DNA of 63,012 nt, filler included, from Intoshia linei (GCA_001642005.1; 10 parts of 10 records of this genome joined end to end with filler, not necessarily neighbours in it); one strand, 5' to 3'; positions 48,741 through 62,584 are shown, counted from the whole stretch's first letter. Program-made: numbers and translations. Notes: generated by a model from the letters alone, not told the origin.

Positions 48741-50661
48741 TTAGAATAACGGCTCGCAAATGCCCACACCCCGTCGACGACTATATGTCCCTATTAAAAA
48801 AATATGTTTTTAGTTAATTTCGAACTACAAATTGTAATAACGCAAAAATTAACGTAATTACAATAAAATTTCTTAGAAATTACTTTTGGGTACATGAGGA
48901 AATAAGAGATTGGGAAACGTTTATTTAGTTGACCGAAAATGTTTATTCAATAATTAGTATTTATTAATTATTCAGTTGTTATTATAAGTTATTATATTCA
49001 AAAATTTAAAAAATATTTTTTAAATTAAAAGTTCTCAATTAGTTTAAACTCTGGAGTCACTACTTTGGTGTGCCTAATCCTATATCTAATCTAATACTAC
49101 ATTAAATTTGCCAAATTTTTTTATAAAATTAAATGTGATTATGTCTGTCTGTGTGTTGCAGTTTTAGCAATAACCAAGAGTCGTATAATTTTAACAAACA
49201 CAAATTTCCAATCATATTTCGCCGGGTCATAAATTAAAATGTATGTCAATCTCAGAAACGTACATCTTCCCAGTTAAAAACCCCAATTATCCTTTTTTTT
49301 TTACATCAAACAAATCCTAAAATTTAAAAAAGATCAAGTCTGATACAGATTTTAAAATCATTATCATTGTCATGAATTTTAATTTCAAAAAGATATATTT
49401 TCAAGGTAAAAACCACAAATGACCCTTTTATTTAAAAATTAAAAAGGTCCTAGAATTTTATAAAACATACATTCCCTGATGTTTTTAGTAAAATGCAAAA
49501 GTTTTCAAAATGACCAACACAATTGAGATACTAACAAGACGAATAACCAACTAACCAACGATGAAATAAACAAATTAATACGAAAATTGCACTAAAGTAA
49601 AAAATAAAAGTACCTGCTTCACCTTCAACTAAATTTTTATTAAGGTTAAATTGTACGTGAGCTTTAACTAAAAATAAAATTTGAAATCATTGAAAATATT
49701 CTAAAGGTCAAATGTAATTACCAATTTTTTTAATTTTTTTAGGATTGGAAATAAGGTCATGTATAATGTGTAAATTATTCCTTCGTATATTGGCATTTAT
49801 ATTAAACAATGCATAAGTACAATCGACAAATTTTTGCAACATTTGTGTATGAATACTGGGATTTATTTTTATAATTGGATCTGGAATAACGGCATTTTCC
49901 CGACACAATTCGCAATCCTGTATATAACATGTAAATAAATGGGAGAGACTGTAAAATTTATTGGGAGACGGATGCATAATGTTTGATTCAAATTGATTAT
50001 TAGATTGTGAATCATGTTTTTCCATTAATTTGAGATTATTTCGAATCAAGCATTTCATGTCGTCTTGTACCGAAAGAATCGACATTATGTAGCAATATTG
50101 TTTGCGTTTTGTGAAATCATTGGGGTAGACAATGCTGGGACTAATTTCATCAAGATTTGGATACCGTTGAGTCCATAGCATGTCACGTTGTGGTTTAACT
50201 TTGACACTATCTCGTCTACTAAACATGCTTTTTCTTCGTTTCACTTCTTCCGGTCTAGTGTCTTCTTTGATTACATACAAACCTGCCGAATCATTTTTAA
50301 CGAACGTAACACTTTTTCGACCCTTAATTCGAACCCAAGGCAAAGTAACGTTTTTTCTTTCATTAGGTTTTTGATAATTTGATTTTTTCTTGATAAATTT
50401 AGTTTGTTTCTGTATAATACTATTAATCGTTTCTACTTCTTTTTCTGCACTACGAGGTCGAATGTGCAATGTTTCTTCACTTGTGTGCAAAACTGCTTTT
50501 GATATAGAATTATTTGTAGATTGGTCATTTGTATACGAACTCACGCACGTGTGAATTGTTTGGGAACTAGATTTAGGACTAGGACTTTTCTCACTTTCCA
50601 GTTTATTTTTAGATGACAAATCAGATTGCATCAGTAATGTTTTACTTTCCTTATTTCCCAT
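48741..50661 (-). CDS. Uncharacterised 347-aa protein with N-myristoylation motif
   Basis: Exon 1 50661-49722 (long ORF), exon 2 49667-49614, exon 3 48790-48741. All introns are GT-AG and phase-compatible. Starts MGNKESK; ends GTYSRRRGVGICEPLF*. Confidence 0.75.
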
Positions 50662-51379
50662 TACATTTATTTTGAAATGTTAGTTGTACTGGTAAAAGTT
50701 TTATTTACTGTGTAATAATTTTATTTGCATAGCTTTGCCGTGGATTGTAGGTTATTTTCAAAGTCTAAATTTTTATTTTTTTGTGTCAAGGTAAAAGTGT
50801 TGATTGCCAATTTGTTTCAGTGTAGTAGTTGATTGATGTCATTAACTAAAAATTTAAATTTAACGCAAAAGTTTTATTTACTTTGTTTACATTTTAAAAA
50901 TTTTAATTTTCTATGTAAATAAAATGGTAGCTCAAATTACATTTTTTCCAAGATATACACATTCCAGGTTATAATTAATTGAACTAGCTTTTAGAAAATT
51001 GTGAGAAAAATTCTAAATATTTTTAACATTTGTAATTAACTAATCTAGTGAATTTAACCCCAATTATTGTAATCGTATTTATTCAAATTTATATTGATGT
51101 AAATTTAAGCCATTGCTTCATTTTTATGGACTCAATTTCCCCTATCTAGAACATGTGTTTTAATTTCGCGTTTCTAAATTGGGTAAACTTGAAGTTGACA
51201 ATTAAAGTATTCAATTACACATTCGTTACGATGATACGACTTTAAAATATACCTGCGACTGTCAAATGAAAAATTCTAAAGTGAAATATATAACGGAAAT
51301 CTGTGCATGTTAATTGAATTACATGAATATAGTACGGGGTGTTGCAACATTATAAAATAACCCATTTCGTAAATTCGTA

Positions 51380-51761
51380 ATGAAACCTTTTTGTTCAATT
51401 TTTATTATTTTAACGTTTTCCGTTTTCTCGAGTGTCACTTCAAAGTATCGAGTCATCACTAGTTATGAAAAATACGCGAGATGTGTCGACTATGTTTATC
51501 AAGATTATAAAATGACTTGTCCTAGTGGTATATTTTATTTTTTTACTACTGGGAGTATATGTGTTATATTTATCATTAGGACCCAATTGTTTGTTCAAAT
51601 CAAAAATTGTGGATGCTGATCAAACTTATTTAATTTTACATTTTCAAAATGTTTCAATTACTTGTAAATGCCCCGATATATCGGCATATGCTATTAATGG
51701 TAGGCTAACTAAAGCTGAATGTTTCAATAGTTATACTAAATCTTATATAGATATTAAATAA
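51380..51761 (+). CDS. Small secreted cysteine-rich protein (109 aa)
   Basis: Exon 1 51380-51527 and exon 2 51580-51761 (52-nt GT-AG intron) join two track ORFs in phase. Signal peptide MKPFCSIFIILTFSVFSSVTS; six Cys in the mature part. Confidence 0.7.
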
Positions 51762-52189
51762 ATTTTATTTTAAACTTTTAATTTTAAAACACATTTCAAA
51801 ATTTCTAAAAATTCTTCTTTTACTCCTGGACCATAACATGATTGAAAACAATAATTCATTTTTTCAGTTGTATTTTCAAAACAAAATATGCGTTTATTTT
51901 CTAAATATTTTTTTAAAATTAATTATCATTTTATTTTTTAGGTGAGTTTCTAATGTCCTGGGCCACTTCGAATTTACACGATAATACGCTCTTTTTGGCA
52001 TTAGTGGCTTTTAAGTTTATTTATATAACTTTTCCCTTGGCGGTTAATAAAAAAACAGTACGAAACATTTTTAACGTGTATATAAAATTACATTTTGTGT
52101 TTTATGAAAATGAATAAGTCTTATAACTTTTCAATCATATCTGTAACGTTCAGGTCGTACAGAGGTGGCTAAGAAGATATAGGATATAC

Positions 52190-52396
52190 CATGGATTCCC
52201 ACACTTTTTTCAAAGTGGACCGGTAATAAATTACAAAATTTATCGCGGACCACTAAAACGATTTTACTTGGCAATAGTACACAAATTTTGATAAAAACAT
52301 AATTAAACTGTTAGTTTTAACATAATTTTTTGTGCGGCCTGCGTAATAATTTTTTTTACATTTGGGCCGCTAAGCAAATTGAGTCTGATACCCATG
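52190..52396. mobile_element. Charlie-type hAT MITE
   Basis: CATGGATTCCCAC...CTGATACCCATG; 8-bp TSD GGATATAC/TGATATAC. Confidence 0.65.
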
Positions 52397-53884
52397 TGAT
52401 ATACCAAAGATGACAAGCTACGGCGCATAATTTTTTTTAAAAGTTTTTTTTATATTTATAGACTTTATTTTTATCCAATTTTATATTCTTATTTTTTAAT
52501 TCACTGTCATTTTACTAAATACTAACTGTGATTCGTAAATTATTATACATTGTAGTAAATATGTCAAATGATAACTTGACCATTTTAAAATGTCACATTT
52601 TAGGCTTTGTACAATTTAAAATGCAATAAGAATCGCAACAAAAATAAAAAACTTTTAAAAAGAATGAAACACATTTATTAGGACGAATAAAAATACTTTA
52701 AAAATTTTGAAATTTTTCATCAATTAGAAAATATCTTTAATAAAGGTCTGGATATGGTCAGGGGTCAGGTTAACATGAACCGTTTTTGTGATACCTGATA
52801 TACTAGAACATGGGATTATAAGTGATATTTAGATATGTATGATATCATCATAATTATACATATTATATTACTTTTTGTATTGTATAATTGACAAATTGCA
52901 ATATTTTTGGTGTGTATGTAACCGTAATATTCGTCTTTATAATCAATTCCAACGTAATTTTCAATACAGAGTGGTCGTGGTACTCTTAAGCAGAAAATTA
53001 ATACATTTGAAAACAAATATATCCGATATAGTTTTTGACTATGATTTTCTCTAAATTATAAATAAAAAATTAATATACGCGATGATATTCAAACAATAAA
53101 TAAACCTAGTTATAAATAGTGTCGTGTGGCATTACTGCATTTTACCGGGACAAATTATAAAATTTACTAAAAAATACATAAAAGAAACCAGTTCAAAGCA
53201 CCCGTCGAACAAACTAATATAAATAATAATTTATAATTATCATATATTTTTTTCTGAATATTACAAATGTAATAGTACCAAATTCTATGGTATGAAAAGT
53301 ATTCATTTTTATTAGGATAAAATTATAATAATGTAAATGAATACATTAGGAATCTGTTAGGTCAAGCTAAAAAGTTTTACACAACTAGTTGTAAAAACTG
53401 AACATACTGTACTCCGTGCCCTCTTCGGAATCTTTAACGAAATTTTAATTAAATGGCTCTCATTTTCTCAAATTGATAATTACAAAAATTTTATATTCTT
53501 AAATATCATAACTTTCATTCTACGTTGCGTTTGTTACATGATTGATGTTAATGAGATTTTGAAAGTTTACTTTCGTTTTCGCAATCACAACTTGTGAATC
53601 TGTTATTTTATTTTAGTCTCGGAATATTTTAAATGTTGTTTCGGACCGTGTTGAAGAAATTTTTGAAGTGCGTGTTCAGGTTTTGTGTTCGCGACCCAAA
53701 AATTTTCCATATACTCTAAAGTTTGGATTCCAAACATCATATCAATTTACATAAATAAAATTATTAAAAAAGCATATTCAGTTTTATTTATATTTAATAC
53801 TTTATTCAGTACAGTGTACTGTATATTATTAATATATTATATATAATATAATAAAACATTAGTAAATAACTAAATTTATTTTCT

Positions 53885-54117
53885 TTAATGTGAAATTTGA
53901 GGTTGCATTTTAGCTACAATGATTAAAATCCTGGGCAGTGTATGCGATAAGGCGAGCCTCATATCATCCTTAACATTNTAAAATCCTGGGCAGTGTATGC
54001 GATAAGGCGAGCCTCATATCATCCTTAACATTCAATCTGTTTCTTGACTGTTTTTATATGAACAAGCGTAGAAAATCCTGCTTCACACAGATACGTTGAC
54101 GGAAAAGGTAGTAGCAA
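53885..54117 (-). pseudogene. Charlie/Buster transposase C-terminus
   Basis: LLPFPSTYLCEAGFS...RNRLNVKDDMRLAL...QPQISH*. Confidence 0.85.
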
Positions 54118-54217
54118 NNNNNNNNNNNNNNNNNNNNNNNNNNNNNNNNNNNNNNNNNNNNTTAATTAATTAANNNNNNNNNNNNNNNNNNNNNNNNNNN
54201 NNNNNNNNNNNNNNNNN

Positions 54218-54420
54218 TACGTTTTGTAACGAAATTAGAAACAGTAGAGAAATTTCTTTCATTTTGTGTTGGCGTAGGTTGAACGGTCATAAGGGCTTCC
54301 TTTAATTTTAACAATCTTGATAATAGCGTTCCAGTTCGTAACAACTCATAATATTTTTCAAAATAATATTGGAACAAGAGAATAATTCCCTTAAGCGTTA
54401 GTAATTTGTGGTTGGAATAA
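54218..54420 (-). pseudogene. hAT transposase C-terminal fragment (second copy at 60800-60936)
   Basis: LKEALMTVQPTPTQNERNFST...FVTKR. Confidence 0.75.
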
Positions 54421-54651
54421 GAAACTTTTAAAAGAAGTATTGCAAAAAGGATATTTTTCCATTAAGGGCTAAAAAATTAGATTTTTTATTTGTGGTTTGA
54501 TGAAACGGATTTTTTTCATATTTCGTAAAATCGGATTTTTGAAAAGAATATAGGTGTAAGACAATTTTTCCATGAGGGCTTGAAATGGTATTTTTGAATA
54601 AATTTTATTAGTGATAAGATTTTTGAAATGGTAAATTTTAAATATTATAAT

Positions 54652-55640
54652 TAGGGCCAGCAAAAGTCAGAAAAGTAAAAATTTGATATATTTAATAGTT
54701 TAACATTTCCAGCATAATGGCACCAATATTGTCAATATTAATTGGCTAATTAAAATTTTATAAAGTTAATACGGTTAGAAAAGTTAAAATTTTTTTAAAA
54801 GTTAATAAAGTTAGATTTTGAAATATTGAATTATTTACCTATGTCCATTTTTAAATTTTAAAATCTGAATCTTAATCAAATTTTAATCTAATTATCAGTT
54901 AATGCCTAAATTTCCAAAGTCGAGACAGAAAAAATTTATAATATTTCCAAATGAATTTAAAATGAAGGACGGCAGTTTAATTTGTATCAAATGAAATTGT
55001 GATGTCTCATTTTAAAAATTATATTATTTACAGTCATAGGTCGTCTGTTAAACACAAATCATTAACTTTAAATGATACTACTCCAATCCATAATTATTGC
55101 AAATTAAAAGTGATTTTGCCATTGACATAGTCGAACTTTTTGCCTAGGTAGACATACCTTATACAAATTAAACAACAAAAACCTAAAGGAATTTTTTATC
55201 AACATGGGCAAATCGTTAACATCAAAAAACAATTGTGGTGGTAAAATTGACCAGGTAAATTTGAAGGAAATTGAAAGGATAAAATCGTGTTGTAAAGATG
55301 AATTAATATTTATGATCTTGGATGAAACCGATTTAAACCATGTTAAATATATAAACATATTTGTTGGTACTTTGAAAAACCCCAAAAATTTAATGCTGTT
55401 TGACTGTAAAATGATTAATACAAACATGAATGGTCAAATTGTATCTATGATAGGATTATATAATAAATTAATCGAATTAAACGGATATACATCTATATTA
55501 GGTGTTATTGACATGGCAAAAGAGTCGTTTACTATTCATCAAGCATATGATACAATAAAAAAAACACAAATTTTAAAAAGTTTGGCGACACACCGGTTGG
55601 AAAGCATTGGGTTAACTTATGTGAAATAATTGATTTATCG
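54652..55640 (+). mobile_element. Deleted CGGBP1-like hAT element related to 23016-25352
   Basis: TAGGGC left end; MPKFPKSR...FPNEF...LICIK*...HRSSVKHK from 54902; FMILDETD...KYINIFVG. Confidence 0.75.
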
Positions 55641-57329
55641 ATTTACTTGAATGTATTAATTTATATCAAAATAATTTATGACATATTGATCAGTTATAAT
55701 TAATTTCTTTTTCATCAAAGTCCAATACATTTTAAATGAAATGTAATTAAGTTTCTTCATTTTTTTAATTTTCTTAACTTTTAAATTTAAAAAAATTGTT
55801 AATTAATTTTTGAAATTTTCTGAAAATAGTACTGTATGAAAATACGTGATTGCAGAAATCATTAATCAATTAAATTAAAATTGAAAAATCAATTGAGCAG
55901 ATTACGAGGAATAGCTATCATTATAGATTAGTAAACCGTCTAATTCATTTCTCTCAAACTCTATGGTAGAATTTTCTAGGCTTTTGAAAAAATTATCAAT
56001 TTCATTGTAAAATGTATTATTTAAAAAGTAAAATATATATTTGATTCTTGATTTATATTAACCCAGTTGTATTACGCAACAATATATAAAATTATTTCCT
56101 ATATAAAAAATGGGTGTATTGAGAGTTTCATAACGACACGTAATAGAGTAACAAAATTACTTTCCAACATTTTTGGATCCAAGAATAATTATATTTAGTT
56201 CTTCATCTTCACTTGTCGATTCTGAATTACAAATTTTTTCTTTTTTAAGAGAAGATTTATTTTTACGAAATTTTTTGAAAATCATTTGATGACTATCATA
56301 CAAATACAAATCATTAATAATGTTTAAAAATCTATTGATTTATGGTTCCATAAATTAGATGGATTGATATTCAACTATGTTTAATTGCATATTTTACATT
56401 TAAATTGCATAGATGACGATGAAAAAGTGAAATATAAAGTTATAATTTATATATAATCATTAGCTTTTCTAATTAAATCTGACAAAGTGTATTATAATCA
56501 ATACAACTAATTTTTTGAAGGATAAATTCATTATGACACATAAAAGTATACTCTGGGTTTGATTTAAACAATTCAAACATCTTAAACGCTAAACCTTTAA
56601 TTTATTATGCACACTTATATGGTATACAATGTACATTTTTCATCAACTTGTTAATATATTGAGACAATAATGCTAATGACAGTTATATCCATAAAGTTCA
56701 ATATTCTATATATTTCATATACTTAATAATTATCAATTCTAATAGGAAGGTCCATATTATTTACTATATCTATGAATAACAAATCTCGAATATTATTTCT
56801 AATAATTTACTATGCTCGATGCCCCGAAAATAATACATAGACCTCTAAAAAATTTTTAAAAAGTAATCTACGTGTAATACTGAACCTTAACCGTCTATCA
56901 GTGGGCCTGGGTTTATTTATTATTTATGTTTATTAAGAAAGTGAAAAATTACAAGTAAAATATTGACTAAAATTATCTATGGTATTTATGAGTACTTATT
57001 TAGTACTTATTTTTGACATTTAAAAATACAAGTACTTATGGACACACTACTTTAGTATTTGTTGTATCAGTGGTCACTTTAATATTAATAAAGGACGGAA
57101 TACGAGACATTCTAGTAAAAAGATTGTAGGCGGGATTTTTTGTGCTCTAAGATTATTAGGCAAGTGAAAGACTTGACAAAAAAATAATTTTAAAATATTA
57201 AAAGGGTTATTAATCAATCAAATTGAAAAAAACTTGATATTTTCAGTTTAAATGAATAGTTATAAATTTTGATTTTATTTCACAAAATAAAATATACAAA
57301 AACAATGAAAAATACAATATAATATAAAT

Positions 57330-58618
57330 AAAATAATATCAAACAGTTGAATTTTCATTATATTATTATTTTGGAAAATTTTTTTCATAATTACCACCAC
57401 TCAATTGCCAAATTTTCTTTTTCTTCTTTCTGTTGTTTTTGAAACTTTTTGGTCACTAGTTTTTACTGATAATAACCCTTTCATGAAACCATTTTCCTAA
57501 CCTACGCAAACATTTTGTTTTTGTCATGTCATCTAAAACAAAAGAAAAAAAGCCGTTATCATAGATTATGAGAAAAATTTTGATTAAAAAGTTGATGCAT
57601 TTTTTAAACTGCATTTGTAAAAAAAATTTATAGCAAAATTATGAAAAAAATTACAGTTCAAAATTGGGTATTTTCAATTTTCTTATTGAAACTAAATCTA
57701 AAAATTCAATCTCTTTTGAAATATCATGCTCAGTAATATACATTTCTAGCAATTTTTCTTTGAACATTATATAACCACTTACAAAAAGTAAAATACTATT
57801 TTGGGTGTCACTTAGTTTGTCGTCTACGATTGGTTGGATATATCAAAAGGATTTTTAGCTGTTCAATGAGAAAAACCATTTTTTTATTGTCAGAATCATT
57901 CATTTCTTTTATACTTTCAGAAATTATCTTTTCAAATGCTCCCACTTCAGTAATGTAATCTGGTTTTGAAGTTGAACAAAAGTGTAATACTGCATCTAGT
58001 TTACTCATTTATTGATTTTCCGATTGAAGCCTAACATGGAATACGGAATAACAACCTTGAAGCTATATTTAAAAGCCCTGATTACCCTGAATTGTCTGTC
58101 AATTTTTAAACTAAAGTCAATTTTTGGTGCAATACTATCGTCAAATTCTTAAAGTTTCATGATAATAAATTCGTCATTATTTTTTTACTACATAATTTGT
58201 TTGATATTTTTTGATCAAATCAGTAAAAAAAACTTGCCAATCAAGAGGAAAGGCATCCATGGCTTGAAATTCAGAAAGCTCATCCTTTGAGTTGCGATCT
58301 TCAATTGAAATATTCCTACTACTATACTGTCTATCAATTTTTGAATCAGTTTGTCTTAGACAGCTTGAAGAAACATCAAATATTGAAAGAGAATTAACTG
58401 GCCTAAATCTACCATATACTTTTTTAGTAAGATAATTCTCTGCCCAGTATTTCTCACACACACACATATTTTTTGTAACACCATCAGTAAAAAAATTAGG
58501 CATGGGATTTATCCATTTTACTTTTTCCTCTTTATTAGATGGAAATCCATGTTTTTACCTTCTTAGATTCTTCATCATAATTTGTACGGCAATTTGCTGA
58601 GGAACACTTTCGTGGCAT
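57330..58618 (-). mobile_element. P-element-superfamily (THAP9-like) transposase pseudogene
   Basis: THAP domain MPRKCSSANC...FP...W...VCEKYW; C-terminal QLSGGNY and LFVSGYI motifs. Deleted and rearranged. Confidence 0.7.
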
Positions 58619-58737
58619 AATAAGTAGAAAATAGCTGNNNNNNNNNNNNNNNNNNNNNNNNNNNNNNNNNNNNNNNNNNNNTTAATTAATTAANNNNNNN
58701 NNNNNNNNNNNNNNNNNNNNNNNNNNNNNNNNNNNNN

Positions 58738-59984
58738 ATATGCAAGTAAAGCATTCAATGAGGCTCAAAAGAGATATAGTACGGTAAATCATGAACTTTA
58801 TGCTATATTTTGGTCATTTCGTTATTATCTTATAGGAAAAAAATTCATGGTAATAATCTTCTAACATCGTTAAGAAAATCGAACAATTTAAGTAATATCC
58901 AGTTTCGATGGATAGAATACATGGAAGAATTCGATTTTGGTATAACGTATAGACCAGGTCATCTTAACATAAGAGCAGACGTTTTATCACAAAATACAAA
59001 TAGTATATCACTAAATAATGATCCTTTTAATTTAAAAAGTATACAATTGAAAGATATGGATATTAAAATTGCTGTGAATTCAATTAATAACAATTTAAAA
59101 ATACCGAAATGAAACCCATACGGTTTTCATCAAGCTAGATTGGAAATTGTAAAAGGATTACTACATTATCGAAATAAAACTATCGTTCCAATTGTTCCCA
59201 ATTCTATTAAAAATGATATATTATGCTACTTTCATAAGTCAAAACTTTATGTACACCCTGGAAAAATCAAGATGCTTCAGATTATCAGAAGTCGCTATTT
59301 TTGGGTTGGAATGCATAAAGATATAGAAACATTGTAGAAAATTGTAAAAAATGTAATATATCAAAAGCCCGTAATCACTATAGACATAATGAAATGAACC
59401 CAGTTATTACTAAATACTTCAATCAATTATGGCAGATAGACATAATGGGACCTCTTATTAAAACGGAAAATAGTAACGTTTACTTATTAAATATGATGGA
59501 CCATTAATCAGGTTTGACTGAATGTTACCATCTCAGAGAACTGGTTTATCTTCAATTGAAATAGTATACGGAAAAAAACTATTAGAATTTAAAATAATAG
59601 AACAATATCAACGAAAATATATTGAAAGAATGAAACACAACTATGATAAGAGGGTACAAAAATCATAAAATTTTCAAACGACGAAATAAACGCAATTCTA
59701 AAAAACCTACAAAGTTTAAGGATTATGTCTTGAATATAAGCAAAGTTAATGAGTTAAATAATTTTAATCCTCCATTATTGAATGAAATCAAAAGTATACT
59801 AGATGCTAACAATACTACAATATCTTAAGGAGGGAGATGTAGTATCTCTATACATACCATTTTACTAAAGTTATAGAGATACTAATTTACTCAAGAATTT
59901 TTAAATAATGTAAATATTAATTGTATTTTAGCTTAATTAAATAATAAATTATCATATTTATCACAATCTTTAACAAAAACTACA
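58738..59984 (+). mobile_element. Ty3/Gypsy retrotransposon 3' part (RNase H, integrase, PPT, 147-bp LTR at 59838-59984)
   Basis: YASKAFNEAQKRYS...EL; RWIEYMEEFDFGITYRPG..N.RADVLS; H...HPG...YFW.GM..DI...CKKC; WQIDIMGP. PPT AAGGAGGGAGA followed by TGTAGT...ACTACA. Confidence 0.9.
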
Positions 59985-60414
59985 TATAACAATATTAATT
60001 GATACACATTGAAGAATATAGATACAAAATTATGATTTTCAATTGTATTACTTAAGTAAATTCTCAAACAGTCTTATATATATATTCTCAATAGAATTTT
60101 ATAAATTATTGCTAAATACATTTGTTTGTACTTTCATTTAGGGCAGTGCTTCTCAAACTTTTTTGACCATTCACCCCTGTGACACATATTTTTGTTCTAT
60201 TCTCCCCCAATAAAACAATTATTATGACGTCATAATTGTGTAGGAAATTCCTACTAGGAATACACAATTTGCACTTATAAAATGTACTGAATTAATTAAA
60301 TTTGAGTACACATGACGTCTTCACGTGATAACATCATTTTAAATTTTCATTGTTTGTTTTAGGTATCATAAATAATGCATAGTATTTTCATTAGAGTAAA
60401 CATGTTTAAATTTA

Positions 60415-60625
60415 CGTTGTAGATACCACTATCATTCAGAAATAAAAAAATATAGTAATTGTGTGTAATGGTATGAATGAAAGATAGGTTATATAATCTG
60501 AAAGAATCTTGTAGATTTAATGTCCGAATCTGACATTATAATTTATAGATAAAATACACGTGCTCAACTAAGTTTATTAATATTAAAGTGAAGTTACTTC
60601 ACTATTACAACATCTCCCCCAAGAT
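60415..60625 (-). mobile_element. Probable 3' LTR (~198 bp) with PPT from a third LTR element
   Basis: Minus strand: TTGGGGGAGA followed by TGTTGTA...TACAAC(G). Confidence 0.5.
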
Positions 60626-60799
60626 TTGGGCTGTTTGTACTGCTATCCTAATTGAGAGGAAAATGGAACTGCTAAAATTTGCTTCTTTGTGACTGCTCAT
60701 ACTGCTATCTTGCCATAACAAAGAGGTACAATAACTTGATTGTTAGTTTCAATATTTTCACCAAATGCTCCTACGAAGAATTATCTTAAGATTTAAGGA

Positions 60800-60936
60800 G
60801 CGTTCTACGTTTTCTAACGAAATTAAAAGCAGTGGAAAAATTTCTTTCATTTTGTGTTGACGTAGGTTGAACGGTTATAAAAGTTTCCTTTAATTTTAAC
60901 AATATTGATGATAGCGTTCCAGTTCGTAACAACTCA
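60800..60936 (-). pseudogene. hAT transposase C-terminal fragment
   Basis: LKETFITVQPTSTQNERNFSTAFNFVRKRR; closely similar to 54218-54350. Confidence 0.75.
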
Positions 60937-61439
60937 NNNNNNNNNNNNNNNNNNNNNNNNNNNNNNNNNNNNNNNNNNNNTTAATTAATTAANNNNNNNN
61001 NNNNNNNNNNNNNNNNNNNNNNNNNNNNNNNNNNNNTTAGAGTGAATTTTTAAAAACCAGGCACAACGCTGTTTGTCATAACTTAATTTTAAAAATATTT
61101 GATAATTTTATTTATGGTGTATATATTAGGGTGTTAACTTTTTTTAAATCGAAAATACAAGGTACTACAGGGTGAGGAATATACATCGTGGTACTAAGCG
61201 TCGTGGTATAAGTTATATATTATACATTAGTTGAGAAATACTTCCATATTACAAATTAAGTACATGTACTAACTAACTTGAATTCGCGTTTATTTTACAG
61301 TAATAAGTTATTACTAGGTCGATTTTTTTTTAACTTATAAAAAAAATTTAACTTACAAATAAATTTATTTAACTTTATTAACTTTTGGAAAAAAATATTC
61401 ACATAGTGTTGTTTATTTCGTTAAATTTTTTTCTAAACA

Positions 61440-62030
61440 GTGATGAAATCTTTTATTCGCCATAATAATATTTCTGCGGCCTTGTCGGCTGTAGCACCGT
61501 TATATAAATTTTAAAACATAATTGTATTGCCATTATTAGATAGTTGTTGTAGAACAAGCAGCGTTGTCTTATATCCGTAAATATCTAATTCATGGTTTCA
61601 TAACCTTTTTTAAATTTAGTACTCGTTAGTCATATCTACTATTTCTAATACACCTGTAAAAATAGAAAAGTGGTCCACTAAATGCAAACGTTTTCCGATT
61701 CCTAATTTCAGTCTTAATAAACAACCTCCTACGAACTGTGCCGTTGCTTGCATCTACGGTCCATTGTTTTTTCATTAGGATAAACTCATTTGAAGTTGAA
61801 TTTGGTGTAATTTAATAAAATTTCTGTCGTCGCGGATATCAGATAATCTTCTTCGACCAGTTCTCCCACTTATTTAATTACTTTTTTTCTACCGGAGCCG
61901 TTTCAGGGTTTTAGAAATGGTTATTTAGGGCCGACTCACTTTTTAGCCAATTTTAGCAATGGTTTTCCTTCTTTGTATAATTTTAATATAAAAATTTGTT
62001 CTTGATGATTTAATTCTGTTTTGAAAAAAA
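61440..62030 (-). pseudogene. Tc1-like transposase remnant related to 20730-21262
   Basis: LYKEGK...TISKTLKR...TGRRRLSDIRDDR...WTVDASNGTVRRRL. Confidence 0.7.
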
Positions 62031-62584
62031 TCAGATAAAATCTATCCATTTAATTATTAATTATTTCAAATTTATGATGGTGTTGACAGACTTTTGAATG
62101 GATTTTTAATAATTTTCTATTATTTATTAATTTTTAATTCAAATTTTCATCAAACTTTCAAATCAAATCAAATGCTTAATTATTATACATCATTATAACC
62201 ACAAGCTTTTATTTGTATTATTTTTGGGATTTTAATAAATATATATAATGTATAAGTCATAGTATCAAACAAGCTAGAACTCTTAAATATTTTCTGGGTC
62301 CCTAAGGGTCCCAGTATCTTCATTTTGGGATTCGCTGTACCATAATAAATGAATTTGTCATAAAAAGTCATATTTTTTTTGAATTTTTGGTCATAAATAA
62401 ATTTTCCTACTGTCTATTCTCGATTATAAGCAGACCCCTGAAATACAAATTTTCAGTGAAATTTTAAACTAAATAAAATTTGAATATAAGCAGTTTCTGC
62501 TTGTATCCGAAAGAACGAACTTTAAACAAAAAATAGACAATATATAATTTATTTCTAAAAAATAACTTCCTTCATACATTAGAA

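Noticed and set aside
50180-50382. ORFs antisense to real genes or transposases (also 11524-11766, 24611-24972, 27454-27645, 43452-43634, 44538-44759, 55104-55427)
   Set aside because: Shadow frames of coding sequence on the opposite strand.
52816-53210. Possible spliced gene on minus
   Set aside because: No phase-consistent model could be built and no domain was recognised.
53924-54032. Perfect 54-bp tandem duplication
   Set aside because: The copies are identical and separated by a single N, typical of an unmerged contig overlap.
56200-56700. Second P-like transposase C-terminal remnant (CLNC, YPSKK)
   Set aside because: Too decayed to support beyond two short motifs.
2114-61036. Recurrent TTAATTAATTAA palindrome within N runs
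   Set aside because: Identical 100-nt construct at all nine gaps with stops in six frames: an assembly linker, not biology.
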